From NCBI RefSeq assembly GCF_009914755.1, contig NC_060929.1: DNA of 64,000 nt. One strand, given 5' to 3'. The position numbers and the translations under genes are program-made. The stretch's first letter is position 1, and each line of letters starts with the position of its first letter. A model generated the notes under the pieces. That model did not search any database. It worked only from the letters and a program-made list of their open reading frames with translations, and was not told the origin of the DNA. Of this stretch, positions 11,726 through 24,200 are shown piece by piece. Source of the DNA: the human T2T-CHM13v2.0 reference genome, Homo sapiens.

Positions 11726-13229
11726 GACCGTCTATTTGCAGAGGCCATTTTTTTTTGACACCATGTTTCTAAGAAGTGAGAAAAATAGGAATCAGAAAGC
11801 TCACACACATTAAGTATGGATCTCCGTACTTCTGGATCTCCAGCTAGAGTTTACCAACTAATTTTGAATAAAATTATGCTTTCCAGCATAATAAACTTGG
11901 TGATGTGGTTTCCCCCTGACAAATGGCAACTCTTCTCAAATCATAACTGATTCTCACGAGAATTAACAATGGCTACACTGACAGATGGCAGCTGGACAGC
12001 TGGAGAGGAGTTAGCAGAGGCTCCCCAGTGGCCCACTACAGAGGAGTCGGAGTGAACATCCTGACATGCCCAGTCCCTGAAACACATCTTCCAACAGCAA
12101 AAGATGCTCTCACACTGATAAACTGGAAAACCAAGGAAATAATGCATCGGGTTTCTTTAATCTGTTTTGATGAAAAATAAATTTTGTGCATCTCCTCTCA
12201 CTCTATTAAGAACAGAATAGGGTGGGTTGGAGGAAATTACTTTATCTCAGCTGCAAAATAAGGAAGCAGCATTTCATCTCTAAAAGGTCTCTTCCAGTTT
12301 CATGAGTCTAAACATGAGTTGTTATTATAACCATCTAGTTCTAGAATATCAATCACTTCTTTGTTTATGTGCCACATAAACATGGCCTATGCTTAAGTTA
12401 ATACTGATGTTCAAACCATAGTAAAATTCCTTAAGACAGTGCTGTTCTAATTGGTTCCTGGAGCAGACATTTTTGGTGAATAAATTTTCCCAAGACAAGG
12501 AAGAACTCTGAGATCATTACCATATTCAGAAGACAAATGTATCACCTCATGAAAATGTTAATGGGCAGCATTAATTGGAAGCAGAGGCCAGGCTGGGAGT
12601 TCCCTGTAGAGCCTGAGAGTCACAGAGCACTCTAGGGTAGAAAGAACACATCTTTAGGTAATAGATTTATAGGTCTGGACAGGAAGTATTTTAAGTCCCT
12701 TAAACTTCCTGATTCTCTTCTTTCCCTTTGGGTCCGTGTCTGCATTTGTTCTTAGCTTCTACCTCCTCACTCTCTCCGTCTTCGCTTTAGCAGCATTCCT
12801 GATCCGTACTATGTATTTCTGGCATGAGCTGTAGGAATAGTAATAAGAAGAAAAGAGAACAAAACCAGGGAAAATGTTGACTTCAAAGGAAGCAATGAGA
12901 CGTCGACCTGAAAATTATTGAGGAATAGACCAACATCAATACATGAGGACTTGCCTTTCCCATTGTCTATTTAGCTGGTGTCTTTCCTCTTGGTCCCTTT
13001 TGAGAGGTTAATTCACAATTGAAAAAAAAATGCCAACAATAAATATTCTAGCTGAATTTTAGCCCTGCCCTCTTTTTCTCTTGCTCCTACTGGAAAATTA
13101 CGCTATCTTACTGAACTTTACTTATTTTTTGTTAGCTGCCTCACATTCATTCCGGGACAAGAAGGGATGCAAACAACCACAAACATGAACAATTTATCCA
13201 ATTGTGCTTCTATTATCCATAAATGATAA

Positions 13230-13482
13230 CCAACATTTATACAGCATGTACCTTTTGGTGGGCACTGTTCTATTATTTCACATGTATTGATTATATTGAT
13301 TCACTTAATTTTCCTGTGAGTTAAGCACCATGATCACTCCTCTCCACCTTTTGAAGGGGAAGAAATTGAAACCTAGAGCAATTAAGTAACACTTCCAAAG
13401 TCACACATCTAGCAAGCAGTGGAACAGGAGTTTGAAATCATACACTCCCAAGTCCTGACTCCAGGCCTTTAACCACCACATG
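13230..13482 (-). mobile_element. MIR, near full length
   Basis: GAAGAAATTGAAACCTAGAGCAATTAAGTAAC..CCAAAGTCACACATCTAGCAAG...TTTAACCAC. Confidence 0.8.
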
Positions 13483-14460
13483 ATGCTGCTTCCCTCAGGT
13501 GCACTATTATGGGTGTGACGAGTGGACACATAAGAACAAACCTATCAGTGTTCAATGAACTATGACTAGCTATTCGGGAGACAGTGACTGCACAAGGCTG
13601 CTCTTTGGGAGCTGCAATACACATAGATTTAAATACAATTCATTTTCTAAGTCCCAGTAGAGCCTACGAGAGAGTCTAGCTTTCACTAGGATTATTGGTT
13701 TCGATTTTGCAAAAGACCTTTCTAAGACATCTGTTGGTCTCTTCTGCTAATTTTAAACAGTGATAAAAATATGCTTCTTCAAAATTCCCCCCTTCTCTTA
13801 GCACTTTGGGTTCCTCATCTTCCTCTTCTTTATCTCCTATTGCTGTCCCTTGTCACAGTTCCAGCTTTTTCTACCTGACAGGCAGTGGTTAATTTGCTTT
13901 AAAAGCCGCGCCATCTGAGACTGTTTCAACCTGAAAAGAACTCTCTGGCTCTTTTGCCAGAGAGCAAAGCCCACTTGGTTCAGAGGCTGTGGCTGGGGGC
14001 ATCAGATGGATCCTGTATCCCTTTGAAGATTGAGCCTTGAAGGGTTTCCTTGAAGAGATGTCCACTCACTTCAAAGGGGACAAGTGTTGCTTCTGCTAGC
14101 ACAGACTCATACTTCAGTCAGCCTTGTTGGGCAGTCCGGAGGGACACAACGACTTTTATATTTGTGGATATTGTTTTGACTTAATTTAAAATTCTAGCTG
14201 ATTTCTGGCCCTCTGATGTGCTGATGAGAATACCCAGGTAGGAGGAGAGAGATGCAAATTTTCCTTTGAAATTCAACCACTGGCTCGGGCTTCTTCAGCC
14301 CCAGCCAATAAAACCAGCAGTGGTTTTGAGTTGATTTTTGCTTGAGCCCACAATGCTTCTAGCAAGAGGGTGATGGAGAAGGGAAGAGAGCAAATGTAAA
14401 TGTTGCTCCTGGTTACATGCTGTTTGTACAGAAGGGTAACTTAATTAACACTTAAATCTT

Positions 14461-14597
14461 TCTCTCTTTCTTTTTTTTTTAAGAGATGGGATCTCACAAT
14501 GTGCCCAGACTGGTCTGGAACTACTGGGCTCAAGCGATCCTCCCACTTTGAGCTTACAAAGTGCTGGGATTATAGACACGAGGCACTGTGGCCAGCC
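14461..14597 (-). mobile_element. FLAM_C-like Alu monomer
   Basis: Single left-arm monomer with T tail; TSD CACTTAAATCTT at 14449-14460 and 14600-14611. Confidence 0.9.
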
Positions 14598-14959
14598 AGC
14601 ACTTAAATCTTAACCACGATATAGCTTTATGAGACATGGGCCTCTGTTGCTTGATGGAAACCTACTCCTCTTTTAGGAACGTCATTAAAAGTCAATTTCA
14701 AAGTTTCTGTCTGTGATGATATCCCAACAGTGTGGCTTCCTTTCAAGCATTTATTATTTTGAGTGGCTGCACTGGCTGAATTGTTCCTACACAGGTTCTT
14801 TTAACGATTGTTTCCAGGAACACAAAAATTACTCAGTGGCTTCCATTTGGTTGACAATTTTGTATTAGTTTGTCAGGTTGAGACGACCTGACCTTATGTT
14901 CACGGTTATGTGTGGTAAACTGTAGAAGCCCTTGACTATATTTTGTACCTTTCCTATCT

Positions 14960-15052
14960 TAGGATAACTAGTCCCAGTTTTCTCTGCTTCGTCCAAATTT
15001 ATGCCTGCTAAAAATTGTCCCAGTTTGTATGGTAAATTGTAAGGTTAGCCTA
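14960..15052. mobile_element. MER94-like hAT-Blackjack MITE
   Basis: TAGGATAAC...GGTTAGCCTA degenerate TIRs; internal GTCCCAGTTT repeats; TTTATGCCTG; GGTAAATT. Confidence 0.6.
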
Positions 15053-15109
15053 TATCTAGGGAACTCAACAGGTATCATCCAGTGGGCACCCACTGTGATT
15101 TAATAGCAA

Positions 15110-15306
15110 AAAAATTGGGATTTAGAACTAGAAATCTAAACCCTGGATCTGCCATGGGTGATGGGACAAGTAGTCTAAAGTGTCTCTGAGCCTCAGTTTC
15201 CTCATCCACAGACTAGAAATAATAATGCCCCATAAAGTTTTTGTGAGAATTAACTGGGTCAATGTATATATGTGAAAACACTCAGAAATGTGTGTGGAAC
15301 TCAACA
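15110..15306 (+). mobile_element. MIR
   Basis: TCTCTGAGCCTCAGTTTCCTCATC...TTGTGAGAATTAACTG. Confidence 0.82.
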
Positions 15307-15384
15307 GGGAGTCACTGCATTTGTTTTTATACAAAACCTCTTCCCCTGAGGTGCGGGTGGATTGTACTAGCTTTATTTTAGCTG

Positions 15385-15388
<4 letters not shown>

Positions 15389-15437
<49 letters not shown>
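15389..15437. repeat. (TG)24 perfect microsatellite
   Basis: Read directly; source of the poly-HT stretches in ORFs 15128-15568 and 15378-15842. Confidence 0.98.
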
Positions 15438-15440
<3 letters not shown>

Positions 15441-16029
15441 ATGGGAATGGGGCAGAGAATTAAGTGAGAAAAGAGAACTTGGGGGCAAAAGAGAAAATGA
15501 ATTAGAAGTAATTCTAGTGCAAGACATAGGGTTGCTGATTTTAAATGTAGCATGGAAATTATTTTCACTCAGGGCTATGTAGTAATTGCACATGGATCCT
15601 CCAGCATGTGTTTGAGGTTTCTTAATGTATTTCATGTCTTGAGGCTTTTGATGCCTATGTTCCAGCCCCACTCTCATATTCTTTTGAAGCAGGATTAGTT
15701 TCTCCTGAAAACATGGCATTTCTGTGCAAAAGCTATCATGTTCTGGGACTTGAGTCTCCAAAAACAGACACAAATTCATCAGGAAAAAAAGCACTGGATT
15801 GCCATGCTGGGGAGACCAAGAGAAAAGTTGATCCAGACACAACTAACCTTGGGCAGTTGGTTGCAGCTGGATAAACATGAGTTACAATAAAGTTACACGT
15901 GTAATGTATCTGCAAGGTGTAACTGTCCAAACACTACCAGATTTTACTTTCTCTTCCTATGATCCATCTACTATTTCACCTGGAGTAAGGATATGTTGAT
16001 ACCGAAGAAGTTATTGCTTTGAACATGCT

Positions 16030-16420
16030 TTTACTGAATAGTCCTCATTACCAATGTAGCACATGTTTATTATAGGAAATATGATCCATAGTTCTACCAT
16101 TCAAATGCAACCACTGTTAAGGCTTGGATATGTTCTATCTAATATTTGGTCACATTTCTAAAATTTTCCATTCCTTTTTTCTCTCAAATTATGTTAAAAT
16201 TTTATCACGTTGATATTCCATTGGACAAACTTTCTAAAAATTACATAGTAATTTCCCAAATGTTAGATTTTGTTTCAAATTTTTGAACTATCAATTGTGT
16301 ATAAATTCTTGTCTGCATTTGAGATTATTTCTTTAATGTAAAAATAGAGAAAGAGGAATTACAGGGTCAAAGTCATGAAACTTTTAAAGTTCTTTATTCA
16401 TATTGAATAACTGAAAAGCT
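16030..16420 (-). mobile_element. Degenerate L1ME fragment
   Basis: AACCACTGTTAAG..TTGG; GAGATTATTTCTTTAATGTAAAAATAGAGAAAGAGGAATTACAGGGTCAAAG. Confidence 0.55.
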
Positions 16421-16857
16421 ATTCTGAAATACTACTATCAGTTTACCACTAACTTGATATTTTAAAAAATACTTTAATAGTATGTAATAGGCATTGTCTG
16501 ACTATAATCATTTATCCTTATAGCACTCCATAAAATATTATTTTATGGTCAACCCAGCATAGAGGGTAACTTGGATTTTTCAATATAAAAATTCTGGTTT
16601 CTATGCATACTAATGTCATATGTGACCCTATTATACTTGTGGTGTCTCATAGCTGGATATTTTTCTGGCAGTCTTGATGGTCCCTTTTCTTGATCATCAT
16701 TGTACATGAATTACTTTAAAAAGCAGGCTGGCAGCAGGAAGGGAGAAAGGGAAGAGATTCCTTCTTTCAGAAACAGCTTAAGCAATTTGAGGTGGTCTAC
16801 ATTTCTGGTATTTGCAGCACATTTTGACCCAAATTGTGGAAAAAAAATGTTTTGGTC

Positions 16858-16918
16858 TTAAAAAGAAAACATTTTTTATATTCTATTTTTAAAAAGAAAA
16901 CATTTTTTATATTCTATT
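16858..16918. repeat. Perfect 31-bp-period tandem duplication
   Basis: TTAAAAAGAAAACATTTTTTATATTCTATT occurs twice in direct succession. Confidence 0.95.
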
Positions 16919-17461
16919 AGCTACTTTGGATGTTCATTCTAAAAACTGGACAGAAATCTTGGAATGGATTTCCCTAAGTGGGTACTCAGAATATGTGATT
17001 ATTTGGTGGCTCTTTGAGGTAGAAGCCCAGGTTCAAAATGAGAGCCCCCCAAAACTCCAAAACTCTCTTAACACTTGTCACTGGCAGAGAGAAACCTCTT
17101 GCCTGCAGGGGAGAAGAGGCCTCTAGATTGTCTTTTTCATTCTTTGGTGGAGAAAGAAAGAACCAGGCCAGGAGAGAAGATTCCCTCAGAACCAAGATCA
17201 GGACCACAGGATCAAGGTACCACATCTGAGAACAGAAGACTGTCAGATCCTATGGCCTGTGCTAGGACATAGCAGTGCATGGCCAATGGGAGACTGCTAA
17301 TGAACTTTCTTTGGGAAATGTATCCCTCAAGTGTCCATTGTGTTGAACGATGAGAAAACAATACTTGTTTTGAGCTCAGTCAACTTTTGGTCAGGATGGG
17401 TATATTTAGAGTGGATTGGTGCTTTCTAAAACCTCAATAGCATTTTCACCAACATTTTAAA

Positions 17462-17935
17462 CTTCTCTCCTGGCTTAAACATCCTCAGTTTCTTTAATAG
17501 TTAGTCTTGTGAGGTAGTTTCCAGAACTTTCCTTCTGGTCAGCTCTCTTTCACATCTCTACCAAGCTTGTCAGTCTCAACTGTGATGTGTGTAATTAGCC
17601 AGCATATTTTTCTTGCAATATTGTGCCTGCATGAACATAAGACTTCATATGTAATCTAGTATGACTAGCCACATTCTAATAGTATAATATGCTTATGTGG
17701 TCAGAAGAATAGTTTTGAGACAGTCCAAAGTTCCATTAATTGTTCCTCTACCCAAACATATCATACCATTTGCTTATAATAAACTTTTTGTTTTATAGCC
17801 CTGAAAGTAACTGCTAAGATCATCTTAAATCTCATTCTGAACTTGTAGATTTGCCTTTTCTGTTGTTTATTTATTTATTTATGTGGATATAGGAGTTTAC
17901 ATCTATTCCATTTCAAGTGTATCTAAGTCTAGGGC
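17462..17935 (-). mobile_element. L3/CR1 fragment
   Basis: CTCCTGGCTTAAACATCCTCAGTTTCTTTAA..GTTTCCAGAAC..CCAAGCTTGTCA resembles the antisense CR1 3' region. Confidence 0.55.
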
Positions 17936-19429
17936 CATCATTATAAGCATAGTATCATAGTATATACCCAGTAAGTGATAATAAATGCTTGTTATAATGC
18001 TTAACCTGTGCTTTTTAAATAAATAGGTGACTTTTGGGGTCTTCTTGCTATTATTAATGGTACCTTTCCTTCCTCTCATCTTTTCCTTTTTCTTTTCACT
18101 ATATTTTACATTCTTCCTGAAATAATCAGTGTAGAAATCTATTTCTTTTTCATCTTCCTATATGTATTAATGAAAAGCCAGAATTTGTCTCTAATGGTCT
18201 TAGTGCCACGTTTTAAAAGAGAGGAAAAAAAAAAGGAAAAAAAATGAAGTTAAACATGCATTGCCCTCCTTAATAATACATGTTTTCTGTTCCCCGGACA
18301 GTTTGTTATTTAGAAATTATGGACTCTAGTATCTTTCCTATAGCAAACAGAAACAGCATAGGGTAAATCTGAATGATTAGTATGCAAGGGGCTGATTCGG
18401 GGATATTCACTATAGCTTGTCCTTTCAATGTGTCTTCTTTGACATCTTCACCCTGGGTATCCTGGCAACAGAGCACTTCAGAAAAACAGAAGTCCCATAG
18501 ACACTGTTTGCTGAATTCCATGAGAATAATAAAAAGAGTGTTTTATCTAAGCATTTGCTGAAGACAGTAATTTAGAAAAATAGCAAGATGGCAGCTAAAT
18601 GTACTTGATTCAGAAGTGACTGACACTGAAGGAAACCCCTGGCTCAAGGATGGTGTCAATGAGTCAGATAATTTCTCAACCATTTGCAGGAAGACAGGAG
18701 AGTGAAAAAGAGATGACTTGTGAGCTAAACTGAGAAGTAAACCAACATGAATGTACCAGGATAAGAAACCCCTAAAGCAGCCTATTACTATAATGTGGGG
18801 CCTCCCTAGGAGCTGGAGATGTGTCTTTGCTGTGCTGTAAACAACCTGAGGACAGATGCCTTCTGCTGCATGTGGAGTCTCCTCCCTGCTGTTCCATTTG
18901 CTGTCTAGTAGTGGGGCAAGCTGAGTACTTAGGGTGGCACACTCTTCCTAGGCCCCAGGGGATCCAATAAACTTAGTAAGATATTTGGAACTTCTGATCC
19001 ATTCTGTGCAGTGATAATGCTGTCAATGCTCCCCTCTGGGCCTTAACAGGTTAATTAAAGCACAGCTATCAGATCCTAGCTATCTTGATGCTTAGGCACT
19101 GGGGGACCAGAGGGCACAGTGGATAAGAGAATGGCTAACATGATTGGTCTCCTAGGTCTATCTGTCTAATTTTTTTCAGACGTATCCTACAGTTAATTTC
19201 CGTCTCTTTTTTTGTGAATGAAGGGCTTACTATGTTGGTGAAGAGACTGTCTGCTCTTCCCAAGGCTGAGTTAAGAAATGTTTTTCCACTGCCAGGCTGA
19301 TGTCTTTGTTAAACAGAGCTCAAGATTCATACAGTGTGAAAACAGGGGAGAACTTTAGGGGCCAGATGTTTAAACTTCTCAAAGTATTAGAATCCAGACA
19401 GGCTGAGTACTAGAGTTGACACATTTTGA

Positions 19430-19965
19430 CAGTGTGCCCAGCCCAATAATCCCCTCCTGGTGCCCACCTTGTACCACACTCCTTCCCCAATTCACTCAAA
19501 CTACCTTTGTCCTGTATAATCCTGACTCCCACCCCCAACCCCCATTCTAAGCCACAGCTGGTTGGACCAGCCTCAGGCCCCTGACTCAATCTGTCTAGTC
19601 ACAGTCTCTCACCTGGGAGCCTGAAACTGAGACTCAGCAGCACTTGCAGTTCAGCTGGCTTTCTGAGCTGAGGCATTTACACTTTGGGGGGGGTGGTGAC
19701 TTTTTCTGAGCACGCAGAAGCAGAGAGATGAGAAAGACATAGCCACACAGCAGAAATAGATGAGAGAACACAGAGAAGGAGAAAGAGGGAAGGGAAAGGG
19801 GGTGAGGGGAACCGGCTGTCTTGATTTTTGATGGATTTCTAGTTTCTAGTTTCAGTTTCTTCTGAAATTCAATTCCACTTGTTTCTTTTGGGCTCTATGA
19901 GAGACATATACCCCAGTTCCTATTTGAGTTAAGCGAATTTGAATAAGTTTTGCTTAATTGTTAAA
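19430..19965 (+). mobile_element. LTR33-like ERVL solo LTR
   Basis: GCCACAGCTGGTTGGACCAG..CCTGACTCAA..CCTGGGAGCCTGAAACTGAGACT core; GA-rich middle; TTGAGTTAAGCGAATTTGAATAAGTTT 3' part. Confidence 0.65.
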
Positions 19966-21312
19966 AAAAAAAAAAAGTCTTAAACAAGACAAATTGATGA
20001 AAGACAGCTCTAGAACGGGAATCCAGGTCTCCTGTCTCAGGTCAATGTTTGGCCACATTACTGGCCTCCTGCCAATACCTCAACTCTAGGATGCAGCAGA
20101 AGACCCTCAGTGGAGTTCTCTTGACAACTGCACTGAGTCCTGGTGGGGCTGGAAGAGCCCCCTAGAAGTTATTACCTGAATGGTTCCACCCTCCAGCCCT
20201 TGGTCCTAGATTGTTTCTATATTGGACGATCTACTGGTACCCAGTGCGCATCCTCACTCAGATTGGAACAGAAATCTGTGTTGTGATCCCCTCCACATGC
20301 CCATCTGAATGTACATCTGAAAAATCTTGGGCCCTGTGTCCCTCAAACCTGTATGACCTCTGACCATAGCACAGCCAGTGTTTTCAGGTGATGAAGGTGA
20401 TAACTTTTGCTTCTTTGGAAGCGTCACTTGGAAGTCATCAGAAAAGAATTCCAGGCAGGTCCTCACTTACTGCTGCTCTAAGATGCCAGCTGTTGTTTTG
20501 TTATTCTGTGCCATTAGGATAAGGGCAAACTGATGTTCCGAGAGAGGCTAATTGTTGGGAGCAGCAAGGAAACAGGAGCAAAACTGGGCTTCTGATCATG
20601 TAAACCGTGTTTCTGTAGCTCCCACTGCATGAGACTCCTGCTCTCCAGGACAAAGCAGACTGCGTGCATTTGGCACAAATAAAAGCCATGTAGTGATCTG
20701 GGTTTGATCTCTGCACAGAAGAGCTTCCTGTATAATTTATGGCTTTAGAATGGGCAGTTAGATTTTTGGGCAGAAAAGAAGCCTAACATATTCTTGTCAA
20801 GAAAGAGTAGAATAAGTGGGATAAATGCTACTTGGGAAGCTCCTGACCATTCCCACACTAATCAGAAGAAAGTTCAAGTGATGTTGATTATACTGTAAAT
20901 CAGTTCTTTGGAGCCTAATTTGGCCTACCTAAATTTAGAGACTGTCTGCAATCTCACAGAGGGCACAAAACATGGTTAAGATGGAAAGTGCTAGTCTTTT
21001 TGTGACTATTGTCACAGCAATACTTTGCTTTCTGGAAGACAAGGCAAGTTCTGTTTGCAGGAACCAATGTGCTAGTGGAGAAAGCCAGGACACGTCAACA
21101 TCAAAGTGGACTGAAGTCTTTGAAATTACTGTCCTTTTACCCTATTTGTGGATCACCTTCCTGGCCTCCCCTTCAAAACGCCTGCAGGTACATACAAACT
21201 CCTAGTAATGTTCACACACAAAGGCACACACAGCCTCACACCACAAAAATAATCCCTTTGATAAAACATATTCTCAAACTAATGTAATAATAGAATAAAT
21301 GGCTCTAAAGTC

Positions 21313-21850
21313 TGCTAGTTGTCTATTGCTGTATAAGAAATTATCCCAGAACTTAGCAGCTACGAACAACAAATATTCATTATGTCATGGTCTGCAGGTC
21401 AAGAAACTGGACATGGCTTAATTGCATGCCTCTGGCTTAGGGTCTTTCTCAAGGCTGCCATTAAGGTGTCAGTGAAGCTGCTGTCATCTCAAGCCTCAAT
21501 GGGGAAGGATCTACTCCTAAACTCACTTATGAGGCCATTGGCAGCTTTCAAGAGCTCACTGGCTGTTGGCCAGAGACATCAGTACCTTCCGTGAGGGTTC
21601 CATAGGGAAGCTAGCTGGCTTCACTCAGAGCAAGCACGCAAGCAACAAGAGGTCAGACTGTGAGAGAGGGCACCCAAGACGGAAGCCACCTAATCTCAAA
21701 AACAGCTTTCTAGGATCTCTGCTGCATCCTATTCACCCCAAGTGAGTCACTCTCTGCAGTCCCTACGTACTCAAGGGAAGGGGATTTCACAACGGTATAT
21801 GTGCCAAGAGGAGGGAGTCACTGAGGATCACTTTAGAGCTCCCTGCCACA
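21313..21850 (-). mobile_element. MLT1F-type MaLR solo LTR
   Basis: TAGTTGTCTATTGCTGTATAAGAAATTATCCCAGAACTTAG...AAGGCTGCCATTAAGGTGTC...CTGCCACA. Confidence 0.85.
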
Positions 21851-22434
21851 AAAGCCATCTCCTTCAGCTATCCAGGCAGCCACATCTCTGCTCTGCATGA
21901 AAGCTTCTTGTACTGGGAGCTTGGCCGCTTTTGAGGCTGCTGTTTTCATTCTACTTCTAGAAAGTTCTTCCTTAGGTTGAAGCATGAAGGCTGTGTTCTT
22001 TGAGTGGACATCTTTTGTGGGTGCCTGTCCAGCTTTCCTTTCCTTTCTGGCACTGGCAGTTCACTTTCCCACTGGGGCCGCTCTCCCCTATTCTTAGTCT
22101 GGGCTTGTGGTGGGCATAGGATCCAGCGCTGGATAATCAGACATTTGCATCTTCTTGGTCATAATGGTTGATTAAACAATGGGTACAGGCCATAAGCAGA
22201 TTCAATTTATACACCTTGAGCTATCTTTCTACCATTTGTGTGAACCTGTGTCCGTCATTCCCCTCACCTTCCCAACGCCCCTTCTACATTTTTTTCAAGG
22301 GCCAGAAGTTGCAATTCTTTAGAGGACCACCCTTGAACTACCCCAGCCATAGAGAACTGAAAGTGTCCAAGAATTTATGTCTCTCCTTCCTTTATTTTGT
22401 TTGTTGGTTTGTTTTTTTACAATTTTGACCAGTT

Positions 22435-23210
22435 AAATTTTTTTTAAAGATATAATTCACTTACCATACACAAAGACAATTCATTGTTGTTGTTTTTTTT
22501 TGGTCTATTCACAGATATGTGGAGCCACAACCATAGTCAATTTTAGAGCAGTTTCATCCCTAAGCAACTACTAATCTACTTTCTGTATCTATAGATTTTC
22601 CTTTTCTGAACATTTCATACAAATTGGATCACATAATATGTGGTATCTTGGAACTGACTTCTTTTACTCAGCATAATATTTTCAAGGTTCATCCATTCTG
22701 TGGCATGTACCAATGGCTTATTCATTTTTGTGCCCAAATAATATTCCATTGTATGGATATACCACATTTTATTCATTCATCAGTTGATGAACCATTTGGG
22801 TAGTTTCCACCTTTTGGCTATTATGAATAATGCTACTATAAACATTCATGTACACATTTTTGTGTAGAGTATGTTTTCATTTCTCTTGGGTATATATAGC
22901 TGTAAGTTCAGTTGGCTGAATCATAAGGTAACTCTGCCAGAGTGTCTTCCAAAATGGCAGCACCCTTTTACATTCCCACCATTAGTGTATGAGGGTTCTG
23001 ATTTCTCTACATCCTCACCAACACTTGTTATTATCTACCTTTTTAATTCCAGCCATCCTTGTGGCTGTGAAGTGGTGTCTTGTGGCTATGATTTACATTT
23101 CCCTAATGAGTAATGGTGTTGGACATTTTTTTCATGTGCTTATTGGCTGTTTTTATATCCTCCTTGGATAAAAGTCTATTCAGATCCTTTGCCTATTTTT
23201 GAACTGGATT
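22435..23210 (-). mobile_element. L1MB-type 3' fragment
   Basis: GATATAATTCAC; GCAACTACTAATCTACTTTCTGTATCTATAGATTT; TTTTCAAGGTTCATCCAT. Confidence 0.88.
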
Positions 23211-23303
23211 CACCTAGCTCCATGACCTTAGAGACAACTCTGAGGCATGACTTTCTCTCCAGTTTCTCTGAAGACTCACAGCAAAGCAAGCACTCTGTGA
23301 GAA

Positions 23304-23590
23304 TTTTTTTGAGACAGTGTCTCACTCTGTCGCCCAGGCTGGAGTGTAGTGGTGCGATCTCGGCTCACTGGAACTTCTACCTCCTGGGTTCAAGCAATTC
23401 TCCTGCCTCAGTCTCTTGAGTAGCTGGGACTACAGGCGCGCACCACCAAGCCAGGCTAATTTTTGTATTTCTAGTAGAGAGGGAGTTTCACCATGTCGGT
23501 CAGGCTGGTCTCAAACTCCTGACCTTGTGATCCGCCCACTTCGGCCTCCCAGAGTGCTAGGATTACAGGCATGAGTCACGGCGCGCGGCC
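23304..23590 (-). mobile_element. AluS (Sg/Sc-like), full length, short tail
   Basis: Antisense dimeric Alu; GACCTTGTGATCCGCCC shows the 2-bp deletion shared by Sg/Sc/Y. Confidence 0.93.
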
Positions 23591-23636
23591 AAGACTTTTA
23601 CCTTCTTCCCTTCCCTATCAGACTCCTCTGGGAGCA

Positions 23637-23880
23637 TGTGGTAGCCTGTCTTAAAAAATGACTGTCTTCAATTTCTTCTTTGCCCATATACATCTCAATC
23701 CTCCATGGCCCCATTGACAGGCAGAATCTCTGCCTCCATTCACTTGAATCTGGACCGGCTTGTGTCCAGTTTGTCTAACAGAATAGAGCAGAAGTGATGC
23801 TGCTCATTTCTGGGCTTAGACTTAAGAGCCTAAGAGGACTGGCAGTTCCCACCTTTTGATTCCTTATGTAAGAAGTCCGA
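23637..23880 (+). mobile_element. MLT1G/H-type LTR 5' fragment
   Basis: TGTGGTAG start; CTTGAATCTGGA..AACAGAATAGAGCAGAAGTGATGCTG..CTTAAGAG..CTGGCAGTTCCCAC. Confidence 0.75.
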
Positions 23881-23964
23881 ATGGCAGAATCTTATCCAGC
23901 CTCTTGGTTTTCAATGTTTTTTCAGGCCAATGCAGTTTTATTTTACTGCAAAACCATTTTTTTT

Positions 23965-24200
23965 TTCTGATTGTAAATTTGTTTCTTGTAGAAAATCTAG
24001 AAAATATAAAAAAAAAGTGAGATAATAGAAATCGCTGGTATTATACTTCTTAATGATAAACACTGCTAACATTTTAGTATATATCCCAGCAGTTTTGCCT
24101 TTGTAACTAAATCTGTATCTAGCCATCATTTATCTATCAATCAATTTATCTTTATGTATTTTATAAAAAATGTTTGGCTTGATTTATATGTACTTTTCTT
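23965..24200 (-). mobile_element. L1ME 3' fragment
   Basis: TTGTAGAAAATCTAGAAAATATA..GATAAACACTGCTAACATTTTAGTATATATCC. Confidence 0.6.

Noticed and set aside
15128-15842. Longest ORFs (146 and 154 aa) with HT repeats
   Set aside because: Frames kept open by the (TG)24 repeat and a MIR; no protein features
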